DNA from: Kaistia sp.
GTDB lineage: Bacteria; Pseudomonadota; Alphaproteobacteria; Rhizobiales; Kaistiaceae
Direction of reading: 5' to 3'
NCBI GenBank assembly: GCA_965229325.1
Contig: OZ245873.1
Span: 914,716-978,715, forward strand
Length of the DNA stretch: 64,000 bases
Shown here piece after piece: positions 37,696-45,868 of the stretch. The notes below the pieces were generated by a model that saw only the letters and a list, made by a program, of their open reading frames with translations, was not told the DNA's origin and made no database searches. A program made the position numbers and the translations under genes. Positions within the stretch are counted from its first letter, which is position 1; every line of letters starts with the position of its first letter.

Positions 37696-37819
37696 CCGGG
37701 CAGAGTAGACCATCGGAGCAAGAGCGCCCGCCATTTCGGCGGGGCAGATCATGTGCCTTCTCGCGCGACCGGCGTTTCTAGACAGCCTTTTCTGACATTT
37801 CATCCCCCGGAGACACGAC

Positions 37820-38329
37820 ATGACCGAACCTTCTTGGCTCGCGGTTGCGCGCCGCTATCTCGGCGTCGCCGAGATCAAGGGCCCGCACCACAATCCGACG
37901 ATCCTCAAGATGCTCGACCGCGCCGATGGCAAGGTCGACGGCAAGCCGCTGCAGGGCATCCGCGACGACGAGGTGCCCTGGTGCGCCTCGTTCACCTCGG
38001 CCGTCCTGGAGGAGGTCGGCGTCGTCTCGGCGCGGTCGGCTTGGGCGCGCTCCTATCTCAACTGGGGCAAGGCGCTCAAGCAGGCAGTGCCCGGCGCCAT
38101 CGTCGTGCTCGATCGCGGCCAGGGGCGCGGCCATGTCTTCTTCGCGATCGGCCGTGACGCGCGCGGCAACATCGTCGGCATCGGCGGCAATCAGAAGGAC
38201 GCTGTGACGATCGCCTCCTTCGCGCCTTCGCGCGTGATCGGCATCCGCTGGCCGTCGAACCTCGCCATTCCCGCCGGCGGCCTGCCGCTCGTCTCGAGCA
38301 CCGGCAAGGTCTCGACCAACGAGGCGTGA
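37820..38329 (+). CDS. TIGR02594-family (NlpC/P60-like) putative endolysin
   Basis: PSWLAVARRYLGVAEIKG, DDEVPWCASF (Cys), GHVFF (His), GIGGNQKDAV. Confidence 0.85.
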   Translation: MTEPSWLAVARRYLGVAEIKGPHHNPTILKMLDRADGKVDGKPLQGIRDDEVPWCASFTSAVLEEVGVVSARSAWARSYLNWGKALKQAVPGAIVVLDRGQGRGHVFFAIGRDARGNIVGIGGNQKDAVTIASFAPSRVIGIRWPSNLAIPAGGLPLVSSTGKVSTNEA

Positions 38330-38388
38330 GCCGCGGCTATCGACCCGATGACGGCGGGTGTCCGTCAATCCCATCAGGAGAAACGACT

Positions 38389-38649
38389 ATGAGCACACGC
38401 ATGCGCGCCAAGGTCCGCGTGACGGCCGTCAAGCCGTACCAGCACGGCGAGACCGTCACGCAAGAGACGCTGATCTTCAGCTTCCCGGCCAAAGACAGCC
38501 CCTATCCGGCCGATGGCAGTGACGAGGACCAGCAGTTCGCCAAGTTCTCGCCCGCCGGCGCGCTGACACTGACGGTCGCCAATCCCGCGCTGATCGGCAA
38601 GTTCGCGGTCGGCGACACCTTCTATCTCGACTTCGTGCCGGCCGGCTGA
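38389..38649 (+). CDS. Conserved small phage protein
   Basis: MRAKVRV...EDQQFAKFSPAG.L.LTVANPA....F.VGD.FYLDF.P; AGGAG RBS. Confidence 0.75.
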   Translation: MSTRMRAKVRVTAVKPYQHGETVTQETLIFSFPAKDSPYPADGSDEDQQFAKFSPAGALTLTVANPALIGKFAVGDTFYLDFVPAG

Positions 38650-38713
38650 TCGGCACCGCGGCGCCCGTGCGTCGACACGGGCGCGCAACTCCCCACCATC
38701 CTCGGAGATCATC

Positions 38714-39190
38714 ATGCTTTCTCGCCTTTTCGGCGCGATCACGCTCGCGCTTGCCGTCCTCGTCCTGTCGACGTTTGGCGCCAGCGCCGCCACCGTGGAG
38801 ATTCCAGTCGGCAACTGGGCGGCCACGGCGATCACCTTCGCGTTGCCCTTCGTCGGTGCCGGCGTGATCTGGGTGCTCAACAGGATCCGCGCGCCTTGGG
38901 CCCAGAAGCTGCGGACCGAGGCGGCCGAACAGCTGCTCGCCTATGCAATCAGCTTCGGCTTCAACGCGACCGCCGGCGCCGTGAGGGGCAAGGCGGTCTC
39001 CGTCAATGTCGGCAACGAGGTCGTCGCGCGGGCGCTCGCCTATGCCATCGCCAACGGGCCGGCATGGCTCCTCAAATGGCTGGGCGGCGAAGCCGGCATC
39101 CGCGACAAGATCCTCGCACGCCTGACCGTCCCGGAAGACGCGGCGATCGACGCCGGCAAGATCGTTTCGGCCCCGCCGTCGCAGGCCTGA
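38714..39190 (+). CDS. Membrane protein of the lysis cassette (holin-like)
   Basis: Two N-terminal hydrophobic helices; GGAG RBS; after endolysin. Confidence 0.6.
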   Translation: MLSRLFGAITLALAVLVLSTFGASAATVEIPVGNWAATAITFALPFVGAGVIWVLNRIRAPWAQKLRTEAAEQLLAYAISFGFNATAGAVRGKAVSVNVGNEVVARALAYAIANGPAWLLKWLGGEAGIRDKILARLTVPEDAAIDAGKIVSAPPSQA

Positions 39191-39249
39191 TCAGCGGACA
39201 GCGGCGACAGGCACTGGCTGCCGCTGGCATTTCCTACCAGAGAGCTCAC

Positions 39250-39492
39250 ATGAACATCGATGCGATCATCCAGCAGTATGGTCCGCAGGGGCTGATGATC
39301 GGCGCGCTGCTGCTTGCATGTCGCCATCTCTGGGCAAAGCTCGCCGAATGCCAGGAAAAGCGGATCGCCGAACTCCGCGAGACGTTGGTGGTGATGGCGG
39401 CGTCGACCGCCGCGGCGCAGGCCGTCGCGGCTGGTCTTGCGGCATTGAAGGTGGCGATCGAGCAGCGATCGCAAGGAGGACATGGATCATGA
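39250..39492 (+). CDS. Single-TM coiled-coil protein (lysis cassette)
   Basis: QYGPQGLMIGALLLAC TM followed by heptad-rich helix. Confidence 0.6.
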   Translation: MNIDAIIQQYGPQGLMIGALLLACRHLWAKLAECQEKRIAELRETLVVMAASTAAAQAVAAGLAALKVAIEQRSQGGHGS

Positions 39493-39746
39493 CCATGATG
39501 AAGACCATCTGGGCGAGGATCCGGAGTGCGCTTGTCGGCCGGTCGCAGCGCGCTCGCGACGCCGAGGAGGATGCACTGCGACGCGAGATCGTCGGCCTCG
39601 GCGAACAGCATGCGGAGGCGGTCCAGCAGATCAGCCTCGGCTGTGAATTCCTGACGCGCTTCGTGCGCGAGGGCGCCCCCAGATCCAGCGCTCCGTCGCC
39701 ACGACGCCGAGGACCCCGTAGTTCCGGGCGCACCCAGCCGGCCTGA
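39489..39746 (+). CDS. Hypothetical protein
   Basis: ATGA-coupled to previous ORF. Confidence 0.45.
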   Translation: MTMMKTIWARIRSALVGRSQRARDAEEDALRREIVGLGEQHAEAVQQISLGCEFLTRFVREGAPRSSAPSPRRRGPRSSGRTQPA

Positions 39747-39809
39747 GCCCTTGTCAGCCGGTGCCGCGCTGGTGCCCTGACTGTACGATCATCCGCATTT
39801 ATTGCGCGA

Positions 39810-40070
39810 TCACCGTGCCATCGGCCCGGTCGGCGTCACCGGACTGATCCGGATCGACGTGTTGTAGGATCGACATGCGCTCACGCCGCAGCGGAGCGCC
39901 CTCCCGCCGATCCTGGCTGGCCCGATATCGGCCGAGCCCTGCACGCGCGCCTCGGCGCCGAGTTCCACTGCCATCGCCTCGAGGTCGATCTCCCGCGAGT
40001 GCTTGCACCGCTCGCAATAGGCGGAGACCGAGTAGCGGCCGACGATCAGCTTGCCGAGAGTCGAGGTCAC
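39810..40070 (-). CDS. Small Zn-finger protein (CxxC...CxxxxC), candidate SOS-induced antirepressor
   Basis: YCERCKH and LRCGVSAC motifs; GTG at 40070 overlaps the stop of the upstream mini-ORF (alternative start 40091). Confidence 0.65.
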   Translation of the reverse strand: MTSTLGKLIVGRYSVSAYCERCKHSREIDLEAMAVELGAEARVQGSADIGPARIGGRALRCGVSACRSYNTSIRISPVTPTGPMAR

Positions 40071-40138
40071 GGCGAAGCGCCGCGGATCCACGCCCGATCC
40101 GATTTCGTGCGACAGCGGCGCGATAGCCGATCGCTCAC
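40067..40138 (-). CDS. 23-aa basic leader ORF
   Basis: AAGGAG RBS 7 nt before GTG; MSDRLSRRCRTKSDRAWIRGASP; GTGA-coupled to the Zn-finger ORF. Confidence 0.45.
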   Translation of the reverse strand: MSDRLSRRCRTKSDRAWIRGASP

Positions 40139-40190
40139 GGGCTCTCTCCTTCGAGGCGGCGCCAGATCGCGTCCGCCGTCATCGTTCACT

Positions 40191-40205
40191 GTTCCTCTTT
40201 CGTTC
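40191..40205. promoter_or_regulatory. Alphaproteobacterial LexA (SOS) box
   Basis: GTTC-CTCTTTC-GTTC = GTTC-N7-GTTC; extra GTTC at 40184 and 40208; TTGACG on the minus strand at 40224-40219. Confidence 0.75.
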
Positions 40206-40317
40206 ACGTTCCCGAGGCCGTCAAGCCTCGCGGGCGCGACCGCACTTGCCGGCGACCGCCTGCCGGCCCAACTGCCGACCCCGCGCCACCGGGCGGCGAG
40301 CAGCAAGAGTGCTGAAA

Positions 40318-40830
40318 ATGACCGAGACCACCCTCCCCGCCTTCGCCGATGACGAGGCCTGCGCGACGGCGATCGGCCGCATGGGCGAGATCGATCGCGA
40401 CCTCGCCTTGATCGAGGCAACGAAGTCCGAGGCGATGCAGAAGGCCGCGGCCACGGCCGAGACGGCGGCCGATCCGCTGATCGCCGAGCGCGCCGACCTC
40501 TTCGCGAAGGTCAAGGCCTATTGCGAGGCGCACCGGACCCGCCTCACCGATGGCGGACGCAGCAAGACGGCGACGTTCACCGCCGGCACGGCCGCATGGA
40601 AGCTCGGGCGCCTTCGCGTCGTCGTCGACACGGTGCTCAAGGACAAGGTCATCGCCCTCCTCAAGAAGCGCGGGCTCGCCGAACTCGTCCGCACCAAGGA
40701 AGACATCGACGTGACCGCGGTCGGCAAGGCGCGCGACAAGGTCAAGGGGATCAAGGGCCTCTCCTTCGTCGAACCGACCGAGGATTTCTCAGTCAGTCCG
40801 ATCTCGGCCGAGCTGGCGCCCCGTCTCTAG
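40318..40830 (+). CDS. gam: Host-nuclease inhibitor Gam (Mu Gam family)
   Basis: AIGRMGEIDRDL..IE, KAYCEAHRTRLTDGGRSKTATFTAGTAAW, VRTKEDID. Confidence 0.88.
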   Translation: MTETTLPAFADDEACATAIGRMGEIDRDLALIEATKSEAMQKAAATAETAADPLIAERADLFAKVKAYCEAHRTRLTDGGRSKTATFTAGTAAWKLGRLRVVVDTVLKDKVIALLKKRGLAELVRTKEDIDVTAVGKARDKVKGIKGLSFVEPTEDFSVSPISAELAPRL

Positions 40831-41047
40831 GCCGTCGCTCCCGGGCGACGCGATCATGCAGCGCCGCGCCACCCGCGCGGCGCGGCCACACGAACCCGGC
40901 TGGCGCAACAGCGCCGGCCGAGCCCCGTGCAGCGGGGGCCGGGCAAAGCCCGGCAGGCGGGACGCCATGAGCAAATGTGACCCGCCCCGACGCCTCCAAG
41001 GATAACGCCGCCCCGCCAAGTCGGAGCGTGCCTATCCCGAGTTGAAA

Positions 41048-41851
41048 ATGTCTGAAGATCAATTCCGCGTCGTTCCCACAGCGCGGCCCGTCGCCGGCTA
41101 TGTCGGCGGCAAGAAGCAGCTCGCCGGCCGCCTAGCCCAGATGATCGAGGCGACGCCGCATGACCTCTATGGCGAGGTGTTCGCCGGCATGGCGGGCGTC
41201 TTCTTCCGCCGGCGCCGCGCGCCCAAGGTCGAGGTGCTGAACGACATCAGCCGCGACGTCATCACCTTCTTCCGCGTGCTGCAGAACCACTACCAGGCGC
41301 TGACCGACATGCTGAAATGGCAGCTGTCGTCGCGCGCCGAGTTCGAGCGTCTCGTCGGCCAGGATCCCGAGCGGCTCACCGACCTGCAACGCGCCGCGCG
41401 GTTCCTCTTCCTTCAGCGCCTCTCCTTCGGCGGCAAGGTCCAAGGCCGCACCTTCGGGATCGATTCCCGTGGCCCCGCCCGGTTCAATGCCGTCGCGCTC
41501 GAGGAGACGCTCGCCGCCGCGCATGAGCGGCTTGCCGGCGTCTGGCTGGAGTGCCTGCCATGGGAGGAGATGCTGAGCCGCTGGGACCGCCCCGGCGCGC
41601 TCTTCTTCCTCGATCCGCCCTATCGCGGCACCGAGACCTACTACGGCAAGGGCCTCTTCGCGGCCGAGGATTTCGGTCGCCTCGCCGAACGGCTCTCAAC
41701 CCTCAAGGGTCGGTTCATCCTGACGATCAACGACCACCCCGACACCCGCTCGGTCTTCGCGCGCTTCCTCATCGAGGAGGCGACCGTCACCTATACGACT
41801 GGCGGCGGCTCTCAGAAGACAGGCCAGGGCGAACTGATCATCAGCAGCTGA
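41048..41851 (+). CDS. Dam-like (D12 class) N6-adenine methyltransferase
   Basis: YVGGKKQLA, EVFAGMAGVF, LNDIS, FFLDPPY motifs. Confidence 0.93.
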   Translation: MSEDQFRVVPTARPVAGYVGGKKQLAGRLAQMIEATPHDLYGEVFAGMAGVFFRRRRAPKVEVLNDISRDVITFFRVLQNHYQALTDMLKWQLSSRAEFERLVGQDPERLTDLQRAARFLFLQRLSFGGKVQGRTFGIDSRGPARFNAVALEETLAAAHERLAGVWLECLPWEEMLSRWDRPGALFFLDPPYRGTETYYGKGLFAAEDFGRLAERLSTLKGRFILTINDHPDTRSVFARFLIEEATVTYTTGGGSQKTGQGELIISS

Positions 41852-43207
41852 TCAGGCGCGGCGCGGCGGCCAGTTGATCTCGCGAGGTCCGTCGGGGAGC
41901 TCGCGGACCTCGCCCGGCCTGAGGCCGAGGAGATAGGACTCCGTCTCCGGAGGCAGGTCGAACGATGCAACCAATGGAGTGCGGAGGCCGATTGCCATGA
42001 CGTGATCACGCGCCATTTGGCGCAGCCTATGCGTGTCAAATCCCTCGATTTGCCTGAGCATCCGGCGGGCGACCTCTAGTGCTGCTCCGGGGGCGCGGCA
42101 CCCTAACTGCGTCTCAAGGCGACTAACCTCTGTCGCGGTCAGTGGCTGCATCCGGGCAAATGCCGTGGCAGCCGCTTGCAGAACAGGTTCCGGCGGCCTC
42201 TGGTTCGAGGCCGCCCGGATCTGGGCGACTTCGAAGCGGGGCACCTCATCGCTGTGATAGAACTGCGGGAAAGGTCGGCGCGCGATCTCCATCGTTGCGA
42301 TGCGGACGCCGTTCGATCGAATACCGTAGATTCGGCTGACGCCCGAGAAGACATCGTCCCAATAGCTGCCGACGCAGTGCGTAAGCGCACTGCCCTCCTC
42401 GAAAAGCTCCGCCCGCGTGCGCAGCGCGACGAACTCGAAGCCGTCGACATCAAGGCGTAGCGGCAGATCGCCATAGTCGGCGACGCATTGGTCTTCGGCT
42501 GCGTCCCGCCGCGCCTTTTCCGTCGCCAGCTCCTCATGCCAGCGCCGCGCCGCGGCCAAGGCCTCCTGCAGCGACCAGCGGACATCGAGCATGCCCGGCG
42601 AACGCCACAGATAGTCGGCAACCGCGTCGACATCGCGTGACACTTCTTCAGCCAGAATCCCCACACTGAAAGGCCCGCTCACGCCCCCGAGCGCTCGCAA
42701 CGCCTCATGGCCGATCGCACCGACGGCCCATTGGCGATAGTCCTCCGGCCATTGTCCGCGAGAAAAGCGAGATATCTCGCGCAAGAAATACTCCTGGTGC
42801 AGCCTGCTCCCATTCAGAACCTGCCCGAGCACAGACGGATCGCTTCGGGCGAGAATCACCAATTCTGTATGCCACTGCGGCCCTACCACTCCCGGCCGCA
42901 GCAACCGCATGGGCAACGGCAAGCCGATCGCAGCCATCACGGTCTTGAGCTTGCGGCCGTCGGCGAGGATCGACCGGAACCGGCGCTCCACGGCATTCCC
43001 CATGCCGACAAAGCTCCGCCGTTGCGTATTGTCCGGGGAGACCTGGCGCGCAAGGCCCCAGGCAATGATCGGCGCTTGCTCGAGATAGTCCGCGCCGTAA
43101 GGGTCGGCGCGCGCGATCCGATAGGCGACGCGACGAAGAAAAGCGTCGTCATACTGATTGATCGCCCTGCCGATCGCGCTCGCCATCCAATCCTTCCCGC
43201 CCGTCAT
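41852..43207 (-). CDS. PcfJ-domain protein
   Basis: FEFVALRTRAELFEEGSALTHCVGSY...IATMEI; ATGA-coupled to rep gene. Confidence 0.85.
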   Translation of the reverse strand: MTGGKDWMASAIGRAINQYDDAFLRRVAYRIARADPYGADYLEQAPIIAWGLARQVSPDNTQRRSFVGMGNAVERRFRSILADGRKLKTVMAAIGLPLPMRLLRPGVVGPQWHTELVILARSDPSVLGQVLNGSRLHQEYFLREISRFSRGQWPEDYRQWAVGAIGHEALRALGGVSGPFSVGILAEEVSRDVDAVADYLWRSPGMLDVRWSLQEALAAARRWHEELATEKARRDAAEDQCVADYGDLPLRLDVDGFEFVALRTRAELFEEGSALTHCVGSYWDDVFSGVSRIYGIRSNGVRIATMEIARRPFPQFYHSDEVPRFEVAQIRAASNQRPPEPVLQAAATAFARMQPLTATEVSRLETQLGCRAPGAALEVARRMLRQIEGFDTHRLRQMARDHVMAIGLRTPLVASFDLPPETESYLLGLRPGEVRELPDGPREINWPPRRA

Positions 43208-44286
43208 CCCCGTCCTCCCGCCGCGCGCCGCTGGCCCGCGCTGGCCAGCGCCTCGGCCACGAGCTGGGCCGGCGCCCAGCATCCGGCCTCACCCGGCGGT
43301 GGCCCCATCGCCGGCCGCCAGCGCGCCCAGTCCGGCCATGCCCGCTGGTCCGCGCCCTTTTCGCGCACCATCCGCCCGAAGATCTCGAGCGGCTTTCGCC
43401 AGTGCTCGAGGTCGGCTGTCCGCCAGTCGATCACCCTCCCCTCGCCAGCTGCCTTCTTCGCCGCGGGCGATGCCGGGCGAGTCCTTCGCTTGCGCTGGTC
43501 GAGGATCGCGCCCTCGAAATAGCGCAGCGATGTCGGCAGCTGGCCGTTCTGCCGCGCCAGCACGACGGCAACGCCGTCGCGGATCTCCGTTGCGGAGAGC
43601 CCGCCATCGAGCCACCCCCTCACCACGCCGAGATCGTCGCGATACCCGGCCGGTGCTCCGGCCCGCTCGCAGATCCACCGATGCAGGTCGACCGCCTCGT
43701 CGGTGTTCACTGCCTTCCGGGCACGATCCCTCTCCTCCCCGAAATCGACCAGAGCGGCAGCGGCAGCAGCCCCGGCCGTCTCGCTCGCCGGCGCCGGCGG
43801 TGCAGCTGCAGCTGCTGTCTGGATTCTGGCTTCTGGCTTCTGGGGGATAGGGTCCCTATCCTCCGACCTATCGGCCGCGGCAGGTTCGGCGGCCGGTGTC
43901 TCCGCCGAAGCGCCGATGGCGGGCTGATCCTTCTTCTTCCCCCAGCGCTTCGTGACCGCCTCGCGGCCGGCATCGCTCTGCCGCGCCTCCTCGAGGATCC
44001 GGCGGCTATAGATCCGCCCTTCATCGTCACGCGAGAACACCCCCGCGGTTTCGAGCTCGTCCAGGAGGCCGAGCAGCTCGTCCTCGCCGACGCCGCCGGC
44101 GACACGCATCAGCTGCGCCGTCGTCATCGGCCTTCCGTCGATCGCGAGATAGCCGGCCGGCTGCATCTCCTGCATGATGCAGACGCACCGCATCCAGAGC
44201 CCCTGCGCCGCGAGCGAGCAGAGGCCGAGCCGCGGATCCCCCAGCCAGTCCGTGCAGTAGAACTTGATCCAGACCTTGCCGCTCAT
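43204..44286 (-). CDS. Phage replication initiation protein
   Basis: WIKFYCTDWLGDPRLGLCSLAAQGLW N-terminal wHTH pattern, YSRRILEE, QKPEAR repeat-coded linker. Confidence 0.8.
   Translation of the reverse strand: MSGKVWIKFYCTDWLGDPRLGLCSLAAQGLWMRCVCIMQEMQPAGYLAIDGRPMTTAQLMRVAGGVGEDELLGLLDELETAGVFSRDDEGRIYSRRILEEARQSDAGREAVTKRWGKKKDQPAIGASAETPAAEPAAADRSEDRDPIPQKPEARIQTAAAAAPPAPASETAGAAAAAALVDFGEERDRARKAVNTDEAVDLHRWICERAGAPAGYRDDLGVVRGWLDGGLSATEIRDGVAVVLARQNGQLPTSLRYFEGAILDQRKRRTRPASPAAKKAAGEGRVIDWRTADLEHWRKPLEIFGRMVREKGADQRAWPDWARWRPAMGPPPGEAGCWAPAQLVAEALASAGQRRAAGGRG
43817..43860. repeat. Candidate origin: tandem heptamers + palindrome inside rep
   Basis: GTCTGGA/TTCTGGC/TTCTGGC/TTCTGGG (43817-43844) and GATAGGG-T-CCCTATC (43846-43860). 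Confidence 0.55.
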
Positions 44287-44546
44287 GGTGCGAGGCCCCT
44301 GCGTGGCGGCGGCGCCGCCAGTTCCATCAGGATCCGGCGAATGTCCTGCCGGGAGAGGTTGACCGCGGCCTCGACGGAGCGCGGCGTGCAGCAGAGCGGC
44401 TTCGAGACACGCCGCCCGCCCCGCTCGACGACCAGCTTCGGATGCCGACCGCCGGTGACGAGCGCGCAGGTCGCGCCCTGCGCGGCGCAGTCCCGGCGCG
44501 CCGCGGCGAAGATCAGGCGAATGTGCTTGGCGAGGCGTCCTGACAT
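44283..44546 (-). CDS. Small basic phage protein
   Basis: 87 aa, GGRHPKL..CTPRS motif; coupled to rep. Confidence 0.55.
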   Translation of the reverse strand: MSGRLAKHIRLIFAAARRDCAAQGATCALVTGGRHPKLVVERGGRRVSKPLCCTPRSVEAAVNLSRQDIRRILMELAAPPPRRGLAP

Positions 44547-44554
44547 GGTGGCCC

Positions 44555-45442
44555 CTATTTGCCGAACTGCGCCTGGATCGCCGGCTTCGCGCGCGCCACC
44601 GCCGTGATGAAGGCGCCGAGCGCGCGCTCGTTCGGCACGCGGTCCGGATTCACATAGACCTTGGCGACCCACGACAGCGTCGACTTGCCGGAGAACCAGC
44701 CCTGCAGCGATTGCGGATAGGTGCCGCTCGGAATCTTGGCATAGCTGTAGAGGGCCTTGCCCTGCGGATCGACGGCGTCGTCGAAATCGCGGTCGTTGAC
44801 GCCGACCAGCGCCAGGCCGTCGCCGAACTGCTCGTCCGCCTGGCGCACCAGCGTATTGCCGATCGCCGCCGGCTGCAGCAGGCAGGTCGTCTGGTTGGCG
44901 GCGACCGACGCAAGCGCGATGACGCCGCTTTCGGTCGTCACCGGAACCTCGCCATAGTCGGCATCCTCGGCGACGAAGTTCTGCCAGATCAGCCAGGCAC
45001 CCGAGCCCTGGTCACCGAGCGCGATCGACCAGCCGTTGCCCTTCGGATCCCCCTCGAGGTCGCCGATGTCGCCGACGCCGCTCTCCTTCGAGCAGAGGGC
45101 ATGCAGATATTCGCGGTGCAGATCCGCTATCGGCTTCAGCGTCGCGGCGGCGGCCGGGTTCTGCCGCTTGAGATAGGCCGCGCCGTCGGGCTGCCCGATC
45201 ATCGCATCGCAGCCCTCGCCGAGCACGGTGCGCTGGATGTTCCCCCAGGTCCCGCCCGTGTCGGCGACGACCTCGACGCGAATGAAGGGGTCGCCCTTCG
45301 CCATGCCGGCGATCATCTGGCCGGCCTGGTTGTAAGGGCCGCCGGCGGCGCCGGTGCAGAGATGGATGACAGCCGGCTCGGCGAGCGCGGTCGAGGAAGC
45401 GGCGACGAGCAGGCCGCAGGCGAGAATGGATCGCATGGTCAT
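44555..45442 (-). CDS. TAXI-family (TRAP-type) periplasmic solute-binding protein
   Basis: Signal peptide; TGAAGGPY, TGGTWGN, LHREYLH, LGDQGSGA motifs; no transporter membrane subunit nearby. Confidence 0.75.
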   Translation of the reverse strand: MTMRSILACGLLVAASSTALAEPAVIHLCTGAAGGPYNQAGQMIAGMAKGDPFIRVEVVADTGGTWGNIQRTVLGEGCDAMIGQPDGAAYLKRQNPAAAATLKPIADLHREYLHALCSKESGVGDIGDLEGDPKGNGWSIALGDQGSGAWLIWQNFVAEDADYGEVPVTTESGVIALASVAANQTTCLLQPAAIGNTLVRQADEQFGDGLALVGVNDRDFDDAVDPQGKALYSYAKIPSGTYPQSLQGWFSGKSTLSWVAKVYVNPDRVPNERALGAFITAVARAKPAIQAQFGK

Positions 45443-45585
45443 TGGCTCCGTGAGGATGAGGAGGGGTCGGGCGTGGACCGGCGGCGGCGCCATCGCTCGA
45501 ACCTGCGGCCGGCGACGAACACGACGGCGGACCAGCAGACACCGAGCGCCAGCTGCGGCAGGTTGGCGATGACGATCGCGGCCAT
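45439..45585 (-). CDS. Small single-TM protein coupled to the TAXI gene
   Basis: MAAIVIANLPQLALGVCWSAVVFVAGRRFERWRRRR (TM + positive-inside); ATGA overlap. Confidence 0.55.
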   Translation of the reverse strand: MAAIVIANLPQLALGVCWSAVVFVAGRRFERWRRRRSTPDPSSSSRSQ

Positions 45586-45589
45586 GGCT

Positions 45590-45799
45590 TCAGGTCGCCG
45601 ACGCGACGGGCGGCCGCGTCTGGATGCTCTCGATTTCGACGCGGGCCTCGTCGAACCACCGCGGCTCGGCGTCGCCCCGACGCTCGATCTGCACGCGCGA
45701 AGGGCCATGCAGATATTCCGCGCGCGCCGTGGCAACGCCGGCGAAACCGGAGACGCTGTCGCGAACGTCCTTCCCAAGGATGGCTTGCATGATCGTCAC
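45590..45799 (-). CDS. Small phage protein
   Basis: LGKDVRDSVSGFAGVATARAEYLHG..RVQI...WFDEAR pattern; AGGAG RBS. Confidence 0.7.
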   Translation of the reverse strand: MTIMQAILGKDVRDSVSGFAGVATARAEYLHGPSRVQIERRGDAEPRWFDEARVEIESIQTRPPVASAT

Positions 45800-45816
45800 G
45801 CTCCTGATCGGGCCTG

Positions 45817-45864
45817 ATCGCCCGGTGACGCGGCCCCGGCGGAGCCGCGCTGCCGGAAGGTCAG
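45817..45864. repeat. 48-bp direct repeat, copy 1
   Basis: ATCGCCCGGTGACGCGGCCCCGGCGGAGCCGCGCTGCCGGAAGGTCAG; identical to 46149-46196. Confidence 0.97.
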
Positions 45865-45868
45865 GGCA

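Noticed and set aside
40930-40995. GGCAAA...GGGACGC resembling a c-di-GMP-I riboswitch
   Set aside because: GGCAAA is locked in a CCGGGC/GCCCGG hairpin, and the GCAAAGC/P1 pairing and GNRA receptor are not evident; kept only as a generic structured leader
40318-41851. Transposable Mu-like phage interpretation (gam + Mu tail)
   Set aside because: No MuA/MuB in the window; lambda-type terminase, cos and tRNA att indicate site-specific integration
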